Positions 9,843 to 18,824 of a stretch of DNA of 64,000 bases are shown one piece after another. Within the stretch, counting starts at the first letter, position 1; each line of letters begins with the position of its first letter. Made by a program: the position numbers and the translations under genes. Under the pieces are notes generated by a model that saw only the letters and a list, made by a program, of their open reading frames with translations, was not told the origin of the DNA and searched no databases. Source of the stretch: an uncultured Clostridia bacterium (GTDB taxonomy: Bacteria; Bacillota; Clostridia; Christensenellales; UBA1242); the NCBI GenBank assembly GCA_944345365.1, contig CALVMJ010000001.1:75228-139227 (forward strand), written 5' to 3'.

Positions 9843-10938
9843 ATGATTGTTGACAACGAAAAAGAAGAATTAAAAAAGGTAAAAGAAGATTTTAAGTTTA
9901 TAAAGGAGTGTCTTTGACCCCGCTAAGTGTGAAAAGGAACTAGAAGAATATAAACTTTTGCAAAGCCAGCCAAACTTTTATTCAAATCCCGAAAAAGTCA
10001 GCGAAATAGGAAAAAAGTTTAAGAGGGCAGAGGGAAAAATTGAACTTATAAAAAACTTAGAAAATAAGATATCGGACATTGAGACTTTAATAGAGTTTTG
10101 TGAGCTTGGCGAAGATGACATGTTTGATGAGTTGAAAAAATGCTTGGAAGGGTTAGAAGAAAAAATCGAGCAAATTAAGCTGGAAACACTTTTAAGTGGT
10201 AAATATGATGGTAATAATGCAATAGTTAACATTCATGCAGGAGCTGGGGGAACAGAGGCTCAGGATTGGGCTGATATGCTAATGAGAATGTATTCTATGT
10301 ATGCCAGCAAAATGAATTTTGATTTTAAGGTGTTAGATTTAATTGAAGGAGATGAAGCTGGCATTAAAAACATAACTTTCTTAATTAGTGGCGAAAATGC
10401 TTATGGTTATTTAAAATCCGAAAAGGGTGTTCATAGGCTAGTAAGAATTTCTCCTTTTGATTCTAATTCTAGGAGGCATACAAGTTTTGCAAGTGTTGAA
10501 GTAATGCCAGAAATTGAAAGTGCGCCTGAAATTCAAATAAGATCAGAAGACTTAAAGATTGACACATTTAGGTCTAGCGGGGCTGGTGGACAGCATGTCA
10601 ATAAAACAGAGTCTGCTGTGAGAATAACCCATATTCCAACCGGCATTATCACTGCCTGTCAAACAGAAAGGTCACAAATTCAAAACAGAGAGACGGCAAT
10701 GAAAATGCTTTACTCCAAACTTACACAGCGTCAAGAAGAAATTGAACAAGAAAAACTTGCAAATTTAAAAGGGGAGATTAAGAAAATTGAATGGGGAAGT
10801 CAAATAAGGAGTTATGTTTTCTGCCCTTACACTTTGGTTAAAGACCACAGGACAGGTTTTGAAACTAGCAATGTTGAGGCCGTAATGAACGGAGATATAC
10901 AGCCTTTTATAAATGATTATCTTAGAAAATCATCTTAG
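9843..10938 (+). CDS. prfB: Peptide chain release factor 2 (programmed +1 frameshift at 9912-9918)
   Basis: A 24-codon frame-0 ORF ends in CTT TGA C. The +1 frame continues into the RF2 body with SPF and GGQHVNKTESAVRITH motifs. Confidence 0.9.
9903..9918 (+). promoter_or_regulatory. prfB: prfB autoregulatory +1 frameshift site
   Basis: AAGGAG-TGT-CTT-TGA-C: an SD-like element 3 nt upstream of the slippery CUU UGA C, the same architecture as E. coli AGGGGG-UAU-CUU-UGA-C. Confidence 0.9.
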
Positions 10939-10952
10939 GCAAAGGAGGAAAT

Positions 10953-12011
10953 ATGTCTTATATTAAAGATGTTAAAGTAAAGTTTGAAGAACTTAGAAAT
11001 AAAAAAGATGTCACGATTTTGGCGATAGAATCTTCCTGCGATGAAACCGCAATTGCTATTGTTAGAAATGGAAGAGAAGTTTTGTCAAATGTTATTTCGT
11101 CTCAAATAGAAATTCACAGAAGATTTGGTGGAGTTGTTCCAGAAGTTGCATCAAGAAATCATTTGCTTGCAATCTCGAATTTATATGAAGAGGCATTAAA
11201 GGAAGCAAATATCACAATAAATCAAATTGATGCGATTGCTGTTACATATGGAGCTGGCCTTGTAGGGGCTTTGCTTGTTGGAGTTAATTTTGCAAAAGGC
11301 CTTGCCTATTCTCAAAATCTTCCGCTTATAGCCGTAAATCATATACATGGGCATATTGCATCGAACTATATCTCTCATCAAAAATTAGAACCTCCATTTG
11401 TTTGCCTTATGGTAAGTGGAGGGCACACAGCTCTTTTAAAAATTAGTGATTATACAAAGCAAAAACTCATTGGCTCAACGGTTGATGATGCTGTTGGTGA
11501 AGCCTTTGACAAGGTTGCAAGAGTGCTTGGCCTTTCTTACCCAGGAGGCCCTGAAATTGACAAACTTGCAAAAAAAGGGGAAAATATCATAAAATTTACA
11601 GTGTCAAATGCCCTTTCAAAAACATATAATTTTAGTTTTAGTGGAATAAAAACAGCTGTTATAAACTATGTCCACAACAAAGAGCAAAAAAAAGAGAATA
11701 TTTGCAAAGAAAATGTTGCACGGAGTTTTGAGGAGTGTGTTACTGATGAGCTTTGCACAAAATCATTAAGAGCAACCAAGGCAAGTGGTTACAAAAAACT
11801 TGTCATTGCTGGTGGTGTTGGAGCGAATTCTATGCTCAGGGAAAAAATGACAAATCTTGCGAAAAAAGAAAATATAGAAGTTTATTTTCCTGTCCTAAAA
11901 TATTGCACTGACAATGCAGCTATGATTGGTTCAGCAGCTTATTATTATATTCAAAAAGGTCTTGGCAGGGCAGATTTAAGTTTGACGGCGAGACCGACAA
12001 TTGACTTATGA
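10953..12011 (+). CDS. tsaD: tRNA N6-adenosine threonylcarbamoyltransferase TsaD
   Basis: ILAIESSCDETAIAIV, VNHIHGHI (metal-binding His pair) and the Kae1/Gcp fold length of 352 aa. Confidence 0.9.
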   Translation: MSYIKDVKVKFEELRNKKDVTILAIESSCDETAIAIVRNGREVLSNVISSQIEIHRRFGGVVPEVASRNHLLAISNLYEEALKEANITINQIDAIAVTYGAGLVGALLVGVNFAKGLAYSQNLPLIAVNHIHGHIASNYISHQKLEPPFVCLMVSGGHTALLKISDYTKQKLIGSTVDDAVGEAFDKVARVLGLSYPGGPEIDKLAKKGENIIKFTVSNALSKTYNFSFSGIKTAVINYVHNKEQKKENICKENVARSFEECVTDELCTKSLRATKASGYKKLVIAGGVGANSMLREKMTNLAKKENIEVYFPVLKYCTDNAAMIGSAAYYYIQKGLGRADLSLTARPTIDL

Positions 12012-12784
12012 AAGAAAAAATAAAAGACTATCTTAAAAATTTTAATATTTTAGATTATTGGTTGTTGGCTTTTGGTGTTTTATCAATAACAATATCTTCT
12101 ATTATTGTAAAAAGTTCAGCTTTAGCAACAATTTGTAGTATTTTGGGTGTTTTTTATGTTCTTTTATGGGTAAAACGTTATAACATAGGTTTAATTTTTT
12201 GTTTGGCTTATTTGAGCCTTTATATTTGGCAATCTGTCATTTATAAAAATTGGGGCGAAGTTATTCAAAGTTCTTTTTCAATAATTACAGCATTAATTTT
12301 AATTTGTTTATGGTTGTTCAATAAAAAAGAAAAAAAAGCAAAACTCATATCTCAAACAAAAAAAATTACATGGCCAGAATGGATTATCGTTGCAGTTGTA
12401 ACAATTGGCTTCGCTGTGGGATATTATTTTTTGCTTAAACACTTAAACACGCCAAGTTTATATTTTGCTACGGCCAACCTTACAATTTTGACAATTGCGT
12501 TATATTTTATGGTTAGAAAAAACTTTTTAATGTTTGTGTTATTTATTTTATCAAATATTTTGCAAGTTTTTATCTGGTTGCGTCCGGTTTTTCAAGGGGA
12601 ATCTTTTGGAATCGAAAATTTACCAATAGTGTTTTCTTTTATAACTTTTTTTCTTTCAAATATTCGTGGAGTCATTGAGTGGAGAAAGAAAGTTGTTGAG
12701 AGCAAGAAAAATCAATGTGATAAAAAGTTTACTGGTGAACAAAAATGCGATGAATTAGAGAATAAATTAGAAAATTTTGATTAA
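12008..12784 (+). CDS. Putative nicotinamide riboside transporter PnuC-like membrane protein
   Basis: About 7 TM segments and loose resemblance to PnuC (ICSILGVFYVLLWVKRYNIG, LYIWQSVIYKNWGEVI). Start overlaps the tsaD stop. Confidence 0.45.
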   Translation: MKEKIKDYLKNFNILDYWLLAFGVLSITISSIIVKSSALATICSILGVFYVLLWVKRYNIGLIFCLAYLSLYIWQSVIYKNWGEVIQSSFSIITALILICLWLFNKKEKKAKLISQTKKITWPEWIIVAVVTIGFAVGYYFLLKHLNTPSLYFATANLTILTIALYFMVRKNFLMFVLFILSNILQVFIWLRPVFQGESFGIENLPIVFSFITFFLSNIRGVIEWRKKVVESKKNQCDKKFTGEQKCDELENKLENFD

Positions 12785-12800
12785 ATTTTAGGGGGTTAAA

Positions 12801-13988
12801 ATGGAATTATTAGCACCAGCAGGGAATTATGAAAAGTTTTTAACAGCTTTGCATTTTGGCGCAGATGCCGTTTATTTGTCTGGAAAAAGTTTTGGTCTTA
12901 GAGCTTTTGCGGGAAATTTTACAAATGAGGAGATTTTGCGTGCCTGCAAGGAGGCACATTCTCTTAATAAAAAGGTTTATGTGACACTGAACATTCTTGC
13001 AAAAGACATTGACTTTGTAAACTTAAATGAATATCTTGACTTTTTGACGAGTGCAAAAGTTGATGGAGTGATTGCATCTGATGTTGGGATAATTTACCAT
13101 ATAAGGAAGTATGCACCAAACCTAGATGTTCATGTGAGCACTCAGGCAAATGTGACTAACTCAGCTTCTGCCAATTTTTTTGCAGATATGGGAGTGAAAA
13201 GAATAGTTTTGGCAAGGGAACTGTCTCTTTGCGAAATAAAGGAAATAAGAAAAAATTTGGACAAGTCCGTAGAGTTAGAAGCTTTTGTTCATGGGGCTAT
13301 GTGCATATCCTATTCTGGAAGATGTTTGCTTTCAAACTATTTCACGGGAAGAGATTCTAACCATGGGGAATGTGTACAGTGTTGCAGATGGAAATATACC
13401 GTTAAAGAAACTTCAAGAGAAGATGAAAACGAAGTCCAAGAAGATGAAAGGGGAACATATATTTTTAATTCGAAGGATATGAACCTTATTAACCATTTAA
13501 ACGAACTTAAAGAGGCCGGTGTAGACAGTTTAAAAATAGAGGGAAGAATGAAATCTGTTTACTACGTTGCGACAGTTGTTAATGCTTATAAAAAAGCATT
13601 AAAGATGCTACCAAATAAGCCGACAAAAGAAATATGTGATGAACTTGAAAAAACAAGCCACAGAAGATATACTACCGGATTTTTGCTTGGTGATGATGAC
13701 AAGGAGTTTTTAGAAACATCCAATCCTGTGCAAAAAAGTGAATTTATGGGAGTTGTAGTTAAAGAGGAAAATAAAAGATTATATTTAGAGCAAAGAAACA
13801 ACATAAAAAACGGATATGTTTTGCAGGTTTTAAGTCCAAATGACGATGTTTTTAACAAAGAGTTTGTTGTGGAAGATATGCAAAACGAAGACGGAGAGAA
13901 AATTGAAGTTGCAAATGTTGCAAAACAAATTATAAGCATCAAGAGCCCGGGATTAAAGTTGAATGCAGGGGATATACTTAGAAAGTAA
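12801..13988 (+). CDS. Peptidase U32 family protein
   Basis: MELLAPAGNYEKFLTALHFGADAVYLSGKSFGLRA is a typical U32 N-terminus. E..VHGAMCISYSGRCLLS is the signature. Confidence 0.85.
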   Translation: MELLAPAGNYEKFLTALHFGADAVYLSGKSFGLRAFAGNFTNEEILRACKEAHSLNKKVYVTLNILAKDIDFVNLNEYLDFLTSAKVDGVIASDVGIIYHIRKYAPNLDVHVSTQANVTNSASANFFADMGVKRIVLARELSLCEIKEIRKNLDKSVELEAFVHGAMCISYSGRCLLSNYFTGRDSNHGECVQCCRWKYTVKETSREDENEVQEDERGTYIFNSKDMNLINHLNELKEAGVDSLKIEGRMKSVYYVATVVNAYKKALKMLPNKPTKEICDELEKTSHRRYTTGFLLGDDDKEFLETSNPVQKSEFMGVVVKEENKRLYLEQRNNIKNGYVLQVLSPNDDVFNKEFVVEDMQNEDGEKIEVANVAKQIISIKSPGLKLNAGDILRK

Positions 13989-14026
13989 AAAGAAATGAAT
14001 TAATTATATTATTTTTAAAAAACAAT

Positions 14027-14064
14027 AAAACAAGGACTTTGTTTTTGCAAAGTCCTTGTTTTAT
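14027..14064. terminator. Bidirectional terminator between U32 peptidase and ABC exporter
   Basis: 11-bp perfect stem CAAGGACTTTG/CAAAGTCCTTG flanked by A-run and T-run. Confidence 0.75.
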
Positions 14065-14083
14065 TTTGATAGTTTTTAAATTT

Positions 14084-15898
14084 TTATTCTATTTTTTCAG
14101 CATAGAACATACTTTTAAATTTGTCATTTCTTTCGAAAAGTTCGTCAAATGTTCCGATATCTTCAATTTTTCCATTATCCAAGAAGAAAATCTTGTCGAC
14201 ATTTCTTATTGTAGATAATCTGTGAGCAACAATAACTATCGTACTTTTGCCTTTTAAATTGTCTATCGATTTTTTTATGTTTTCTTGTGCAAAATTGTCA
14301 AGAGAACTTGTGCTCTCATCAAAGATAATTATTGGAGAATTTCTCAGTAATGCTCTTGCTATTGCCAGCCTTTGTTTCTGTCCACCAGAAAGCTTTATTC
14401 CACTTTCGCCAACTTTTGTATCTATTCCTTTACTTAATGTTGAGATGAATTCCTTTAAAAATGCGTTTTCAATAGCATAGTCTATCTCTTCCTTTGTTGC
14501 GTCTTTTTTTGATAAGATCAAATTTTCTTTAATTGTCATATCGAATATATAAGGAAATTGATTTACAAGAGAAATTGAAGATCTTAGTGTTTCCTTATCC
14601 AAATCATTAATATTCACGCCATCAATTAAAACTTTTCCAGAATTAACTTCATACATCTTTGACATTAAGTTTAAAATTGTAGATTTGCCAGAACCTGATT
14701 TTCCAACAAAGGCAACGGTTGTGTTTGGTTCAATTTTAAAGGAAAGCTTGTCAAAAATTTTGTTGACATTTTCTATCTTTCTCTTTTTGTTTTTTCTTTC
14801 TTTTAATTCATTTTTTGTTAAAAATTTGTCATTGTTATTTTGTTCGTATTCTACAAATGAAAAGGAAACATCTTTAAATTCAATTTTACCTTTGACATTA
14901 TCTAGGTGCACACTTCCAAATTTTTCACAAACAAATTCATTGTTGTCAAAAAGTGAAAACATTCTCTCACTGCTAACTTTAACATCTAAAAAGATGTCCA
15001 TAATTTTTCCAATACACCAAACAAAGGAAGACAAACGTCCATTATTTGAGTAAATGATCATAAATGAGGCAAGAGTTAAAAGTGAAATGTCAATCATATA
15101 AACGCCTAAAATGAGTAATAATACAGCAAATGTTTCGATTATGAAATTTCTTAATGTCCATGAGTTCATATCTTTAACTTCATAGTTATATGAAGCTTTT
15201 TTATATTCATTATAGTTCATTTTTGAAATCTCACTCAATCTTTCTTCGAGTCCAAGCGATTTAATATCCTTTTCACTCCTAACAATTTCTGTCGTCAAAG
15301 AATAGATTTTATCATTTTTTCTTTTCACAATAAATTTATTTTTTCTATTTCTTTTTCTTCTATGTCTTTCTATTAACAAACATATTAATACTACTACCAC
15401 AATAACTATTGAGATATAGATATTTAATGTCGCTATATAAATAATCATAACAAGAGAAGTTACGCAATCTGTGAGTAGATCAATTAAGTCTGCCAGACGC
15501 CTAACTACATTTTCGGGATCAGTTACAATTCTTTGGACAAAAATTCCCGTTTCGTGATCGGCATAAGTTTTTGAGTTAAGTTTAAAAGCTTGTTTTGCTA
15601 AATCAAGATTTAGATCTGCCATTATTCTGTTAGTATATTTTTGATAAATAAGTCCTGAAAGATACCAGCACATTCTTCTTACAAAAGCAATCCCTGCGAT
15701 TATTGCCAACATTATCATTGCTTCTTTATATAATAAGTATGTGATTTTTTCAATTGCATTAGCAGTCAATATTGTTTGCGCAACGGTGCAAGCTCCTGCG
15801 ATAAGATAAACAAGAATATACATTGATATTCCAAATTTATATTTTGCTAAGTATTGCTTTAATGATATTTTATTTTGTTTATTTATTTTTTTTGACAT
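14084..15898 (-). CDS. ABC exporter, fused permease/ATP-binding protein (MsbA/BmrA-like)
   Basis: N-terminal 6-TM domain. NBD with Walker A GKSGSGKST, signature LSGGQKQR and Walker B IIIFDE. Has a Lys-rich insert of about 30 aa just before the Walker A strand. Confidence 0.9.
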   Translation of the reverse strand: MSKKINKQNKISLKQYLAKYKFGISMYILVYLIAGACTVAQTILTANAIEKITYLLYKEAMIMLAIIAGIAFVRRMCWYLSGLIYQKYTNRIMADLNLDLAKQAFKLNSKTYADHETGIFVQRIVTDPENVVRRLADLIDLLTDCVTSLVMIIYIATLNIYISIVIVVVVLICLLIERHRRKRNRKNKFIVKRKNDKIYSLTTEIVRSEKDIKSLGLEERLSEISKMNYNEYKKASYNYEVKDMNSWTLRNFIIETFAVLLLILGVYMIDISLLTLASFMIIYSNNGRLSSFVWCIGKIMDIFLDVKVSSERMFSLFDNNEFVCEKFGSVHLDNVKGKIEFKDVSFSFVEYEQNNNDKFLTKNELKERKNKKRKIENVNKIFDKLSFKIEPNTTVAFVGKSGSGKSTILNLMSKMYEVNSGKVLIDGVNINDLDKETLRSSISLVNQFPYIFDMTIKENLILSKKDATKEEIDYAIENAFLKEFISTLSKGIDTKVGESGIKLSGGQKQRLAIARALLRNSPIIIFDESTSSLDNFAQENIKKSIDNLKGKSTIVIVAHRLSTIRNVDKIFFLDNGKIEDIGTFDELFERNDKFKSMFYAEKIE

Positions 15899-16130
15899 AA
15901 AAAACCTCCGTAGTAATTTTGAATACGAAGATTCTGAATAAACTAGTTTGAAATACTATTTAAAAAGAACCATTCGTATATGGTTGTTTAAATAATTTAA
16001 TTGTAGAAATTTAGTAGATTTAACCATTTTAAACAGTTCTCCTTTTTTAATTTTATTTTAGAAGTCAAATGATAAAAATACTTCTATCGACATAAAAATT
16101 GTAACATAATATTTTTGATATGTCAAGACC

Positions 16131-16157
16131 TTATTTTGAAAATCGTTTTTTAATTAT
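16131..16157. repeat. Left copy of 27-bp direct repeat (attL or target duplication)
   Basis: TTATTTTGAAAATCGTTTTTTAATTAT is identical to 27105-27131. Confidence 0.9.
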
Positions 16158-16218
16158 GAAATTATACAATTAGTGTGTTAATGAAACTTAACACACGAAA
16201 GTATAGCTTATTTTTGAG

Positions 16219-16256
16219 TTCTCGTGTAATGAGTTTTCATTATACGAGAATTTTTT
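16219..16256 (+). terminator. Strong hairpin plus T-run just inside the left end of the element
   Basis: 14-bp stem TTCTCGTGTAATGA/TCATTATACGAGAA (one G.T pair), GTTT loop, then TTTTTT. Preceded by a second hairpin at 16173-16196 (9-bp stem GTGTGTTAA/TTAACACAC). Confidence 0.65.
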
Positions 16257-16351
16257 GTTAAAAGGGGGTGATGTTTATAATCTCTAAAAAAGACTTATAG
16301 CAAGAAGTTTCAAGACTTAATGACAAGTATTGTCGTGGTGGAAAAAACAGA

Positions 16352-16564
16352 TTGGTTGTAAGTCAGGCGTATGGGGGTTATCAAGTTTGTATAACTGGTA
16401 AACGCAAAAAGTCCGGCGGTTGGTATAAAAACTCGCTTGGCAGTGGTTGTGCAGATGTTACTTATGGTCATAAGTCTGCAAGAGATAATTTGTCAGAGTT
16501 GTATAGAAGTGATAGCAGAGGTTATTTGCGTTCTAGTATTAAGCACTACAACAAGAGAAAATGA
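16352..16564 (+). CDS. Small basic hypothetical protein (frame continues upstream through an in-frame TAG to an ATG at 16271)
   Basis: TTG-start ORF in the track. The same frame is open back to 16301, and an ATG at 16271 with GGGGGTG upstream is separated from it only by the TAG at 16298. Confidence 0.35.
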   Translation: MVVSQAYGGYQVCITGKRKKSGGWYKNSLGSGCADVTYGHKSARDNLSELYRSDSRGYLRSSIKHYNKRK

Positions 16565-16676
16565 CCCTTTTAGAAAAAACTGAATAAAACTGTAAGCCCT
16601 ACTAAGGTTGTAGGCTCACCCCTAATAGTTGAAGTTAGGTAAAACTAAAATCAAAAATATAAAAGGAAGTAAAGAA

Positions 16677-17045
16677 ATGAAAAACGAAGAAAGAAAGTTA
16701 TTTGTTGAAAGAGAAAGTTTTAAAGGAAGTGACGGCAAGGAATACTGGTCATATATCGTAAAAGGTCAAGTTCGTGGTCGTGATATTAAGGTCGATTTCG
16801 CTCCAAAAGATAAAGGTGGATATGAGCCACTTGATATTGTTTTTGATGTTGCACCAAAAGCAGAACTCGTTATGTCTGACGAAGAAATGGTCGATAGTAA
16901 CGGCAAAGCAACAAAATACACATCATACAAGGTTTTAACAGTTGATGAAGACGGTATGCCTTATGAATGCGGTGTTAAGCCGTCAAGAGATAGCGACAAG
17001 GCTCTTTTGAAAATGCTTTTAAATCAAATTGGTGGTGTTAAGTAA
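16677..17045 (+). CDS. Hypothetical soluble 122-aa protein (candidate ssDNA-binding/gV analogue, speculative)
   Basis: ATG at 16677 has an AAGGAAG RBS at 7-nt spacing. Beta-rich, charged, no TM. Stop overlaps the next start (TAATG). Confidence 0.65.
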   Translation: MKNEERKLFVERESFKGSDGKEYWSYIVKGQVRGRDIKVDFAPKDKGGYEPLDIVFDVAPKAELVMSDEEMVDSNGKATKYTSYKVLTVDEDGMPYECGVKPSRDSDKALLKMLLNQIGGVK

Positions 17046-17311
17046 TGGAAGCTGTCGAGAAATTTAGAAAAGGCTTAAACAAGTTTATTAAAGGTGCGAA
17101 TGAAATGGTAGATGTTTTTTTGGAAGTTACGGAAAAATTTGACGACATAAAGGTTTGCGTTCCTCTTAAAAACATAAAGTCTGTTTCTTCTGAAAAAGAC
17201 GGAACTTGCTTTATAGAAACTGGTGTTGACAAAGACGGAAATGCCACAGGGATTTATTGCAAAGACCCTTATTCGCAAGTTATCTTAAAATTATTAAAAT
17301 ATATTTTATAA
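17045..17311 (+). CDS. Hypothetical 88-aa protein
   Basis: Translationally coupled to the upstream ORF (TAATG), with GGTGGTG SD-like sequence upstream. Confidence 0.6.
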   Translation: MEAVEKFRKGLNKFIKGANEMVDVFLEVTEKFDDIKVCVPLKNIKSVSSEKDGTCFIETGVDKDGNATGIYCKDPYSQVILKLLKYIL

Positions 17312-17328
17312 AGGAGTTTAAAAAAAAT

Positions 17329-17418
17329 ATGAAAAAAATAAATTGGAAATCCGTTTTAACGGGTTGTGCAGTTGTCGTTGTTATGGTTTTACTACTGGCA
17401 ATCTGCATTAAAATATAA
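17329..17418 (+). CDS. 29-aa single-TM peptide (candidate coat-type protein)
   Basis: Not in the ORF track because it is under 60 aa. AAAGGAG RBS. Sequence MKKINWKSVLTGCAVVVVMVLLLAICIKI. Confidence 0.5.
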   Translation: MKKINWKSVLTGCAVVVVMVLLLAICIKI

Positions 17419-17432
17419 CTTGGAGGTTTAAA

Positions 17433-17918
17433 GTGAGTAAATTAAATAGTCATGTTAAAAAAGATAAATGGAAATGGGCAATCACTTTTATATCAATTAT
17501 TTTGATATTGGGTGCTGTTATTGGTTTGTTTTTTGCCCTTGGTCATGTAAATGATACAACAAAAACTCTTACAACTTCTAGTTATTCGATAGGAAGTGTC
17601 GATACAACAACTGGAAAAGCTATTGAGTCAAGACAAAATGCTTATACACATGATATGTATAAAACACAAGATATGAAAATCGTTGTAGATGAAGACGCTA
17701 CTGTTAGCTATAAAGTTGTATTCTATGACGAAGCCAAAGATTTTGTGTCTGCAACTGACAGCTTAAATGCTGATTTTGACAACAATTCTATTCCTGCAAC
17801 AGCAAAATATTTTAGAGTTGTAGTTACTCCAGCAAAAGTTGACGGAGAAAATGTTAATTTAACTATATTAAATATGGGCAAATATGTTGGTCAAATCACT
17901 GTGACTGTTGCTAAATAA
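17433..17918 (+). CDS. N-terminally anchored 161-aa protein, paralog of the next gene
   Basis: GTG start after TGGAGG. TM segment AITFISIILILGAVIGLFFAL. Shared blocks with the 276-aa neighbour: VSYKVVFYDEAKDF vs VSYRIFFYDKEEKY, and AKYFRVVVTP vs AKYCRIVITP. Confidence 0.75.
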   Translation: MSKLNSHVKKDKWKWAITFISIILILGAVIGLFFALGHVNDTTKTLTTSSYSIGSVDTTTGKAIESRQNAYTHDMYKTQDMKIVVDEDATVSYKVVFYDEAKDFVSATDSLNADFDNNSIPATAKYFRVVVTPAKVDGENVNLTILNMGKYVGQITVTVAK

Positions 17919-17941
17919 AAAAATAAAGGAGATTTTTTAAA

Positions 17942-18772
17942 TTGAGTAAACAAAAAATTAAAAAGTCTACATATAAGGTTATTCTTATTGTGTTAGGCTG
18001 TATTCTATTGATTGGTGCTGTAATTGGTCTTGTCAGTCTTTTTGGAGAAAAAGGAAATGAAAAACAAACAACATTATCTACAAATATTTATAGCGTTGGT
18101 GGTTTAACTGAGCAAGGCTCTTATTTAGAAACATCTAGTTCTATTTATACTAAGGAACTAATCGGTTGTATTGGACTAAAAACTGAACTTGTTTTTGATA
18201 ATAGCGTAAGTTATAGAATTTTCTTTTATGATAAGGAAGAAAAATATTTATCTTCTACAGGTAAGTTGACAGGAGATTTTAATAATGCACCTGATTTTGC
18301 AAAATATTGTAGAATTGTAATAACACCAAATGAAGATAAAAACATTAAATGGTATGAAGTAAAAGGCTATGCTAAGCAACTTACAGTTAATGTTGACAAA
18401 AAACAAGTATTTGCCTATGAGAATAATTTGTTTGTTGCAGATAGTTCAAAAGATGGTCATACTGCACCAAATATTGGAGAAAGTATGTTAACAGCTGGCT
18501 CGGCTCTTGAAAATTGTTCTATTAGTGAAACTTTTGAAGTTAAATCATATTCTAAACTTGTCGTTTTTGTTCCAAATAAAACTATTTGTAAATATACAAA
18601 TTTAATTGAAGGAAATGCAAGTCATATTATTACTAAGAAAACAGTTAAAACAATTGACGTTGACGACAGTGGTGATTTAGTTAAAATTGAATTTGATTTA
18701 TCTGCTGGAACTGAATATGCTCAAATAGTTTATGGTCGTGGCTGTGATATACAAATTTATGGTATTAAATAA
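17942..18772 (+). CDS. N-terminally anchored 276-aa protein, paralog of the previous gene with a C-terminal extension
   Basis: TTG start after AAAGGAG. TM segment VILIVLGCILLIGAVIGLVSL. Paralogous domain followed by about 120 extra residues. Confidence 0.75.
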   Translation: MSKQKIKKSTYKVILIVLGCILLIGAVIGLVSLFGEKGNEKQTTLSTNIYSVGGLTEQGSYLETSSSIYTKELIGCIGLKTELVFDNSVSYRIFFYDKEEKYLSSTGKLTGDFNNAPDFAKYCRIVITPNEDKNIKWYEVKGYAKQLTVNVDKKQVFAYENNLFVADSSKDGHTAPNIGESMLTAGSALENCSISETFEVKSYSKLVVFVPNKTICKYTNLIEGNASHIITKKTVKTIDVDDSGDLVKIEFDLSAGTEYAQIVYGRGCDIQIYGIK

Positions 18773-18824
18773 CAATTTGATATTGTGTTAAAATGTGTTA
18801 TAATACTTATGTTTAGGTAAAAAT

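Noticed and set aside
12964-13942. Alternate-frame ORFs within the U32 peptidase gene (12964-13149, 13285-13482, 13586-13942)
   Set aside because: They overlap a conserved gene and have no independent signals.
16629-16676. TTG start at 16629 for the 138-aa version of the element ORF
   Set aside because: The ATG at 16677 has a well-spaced AAGGAAG SD, whereas the upstream TTG has none.
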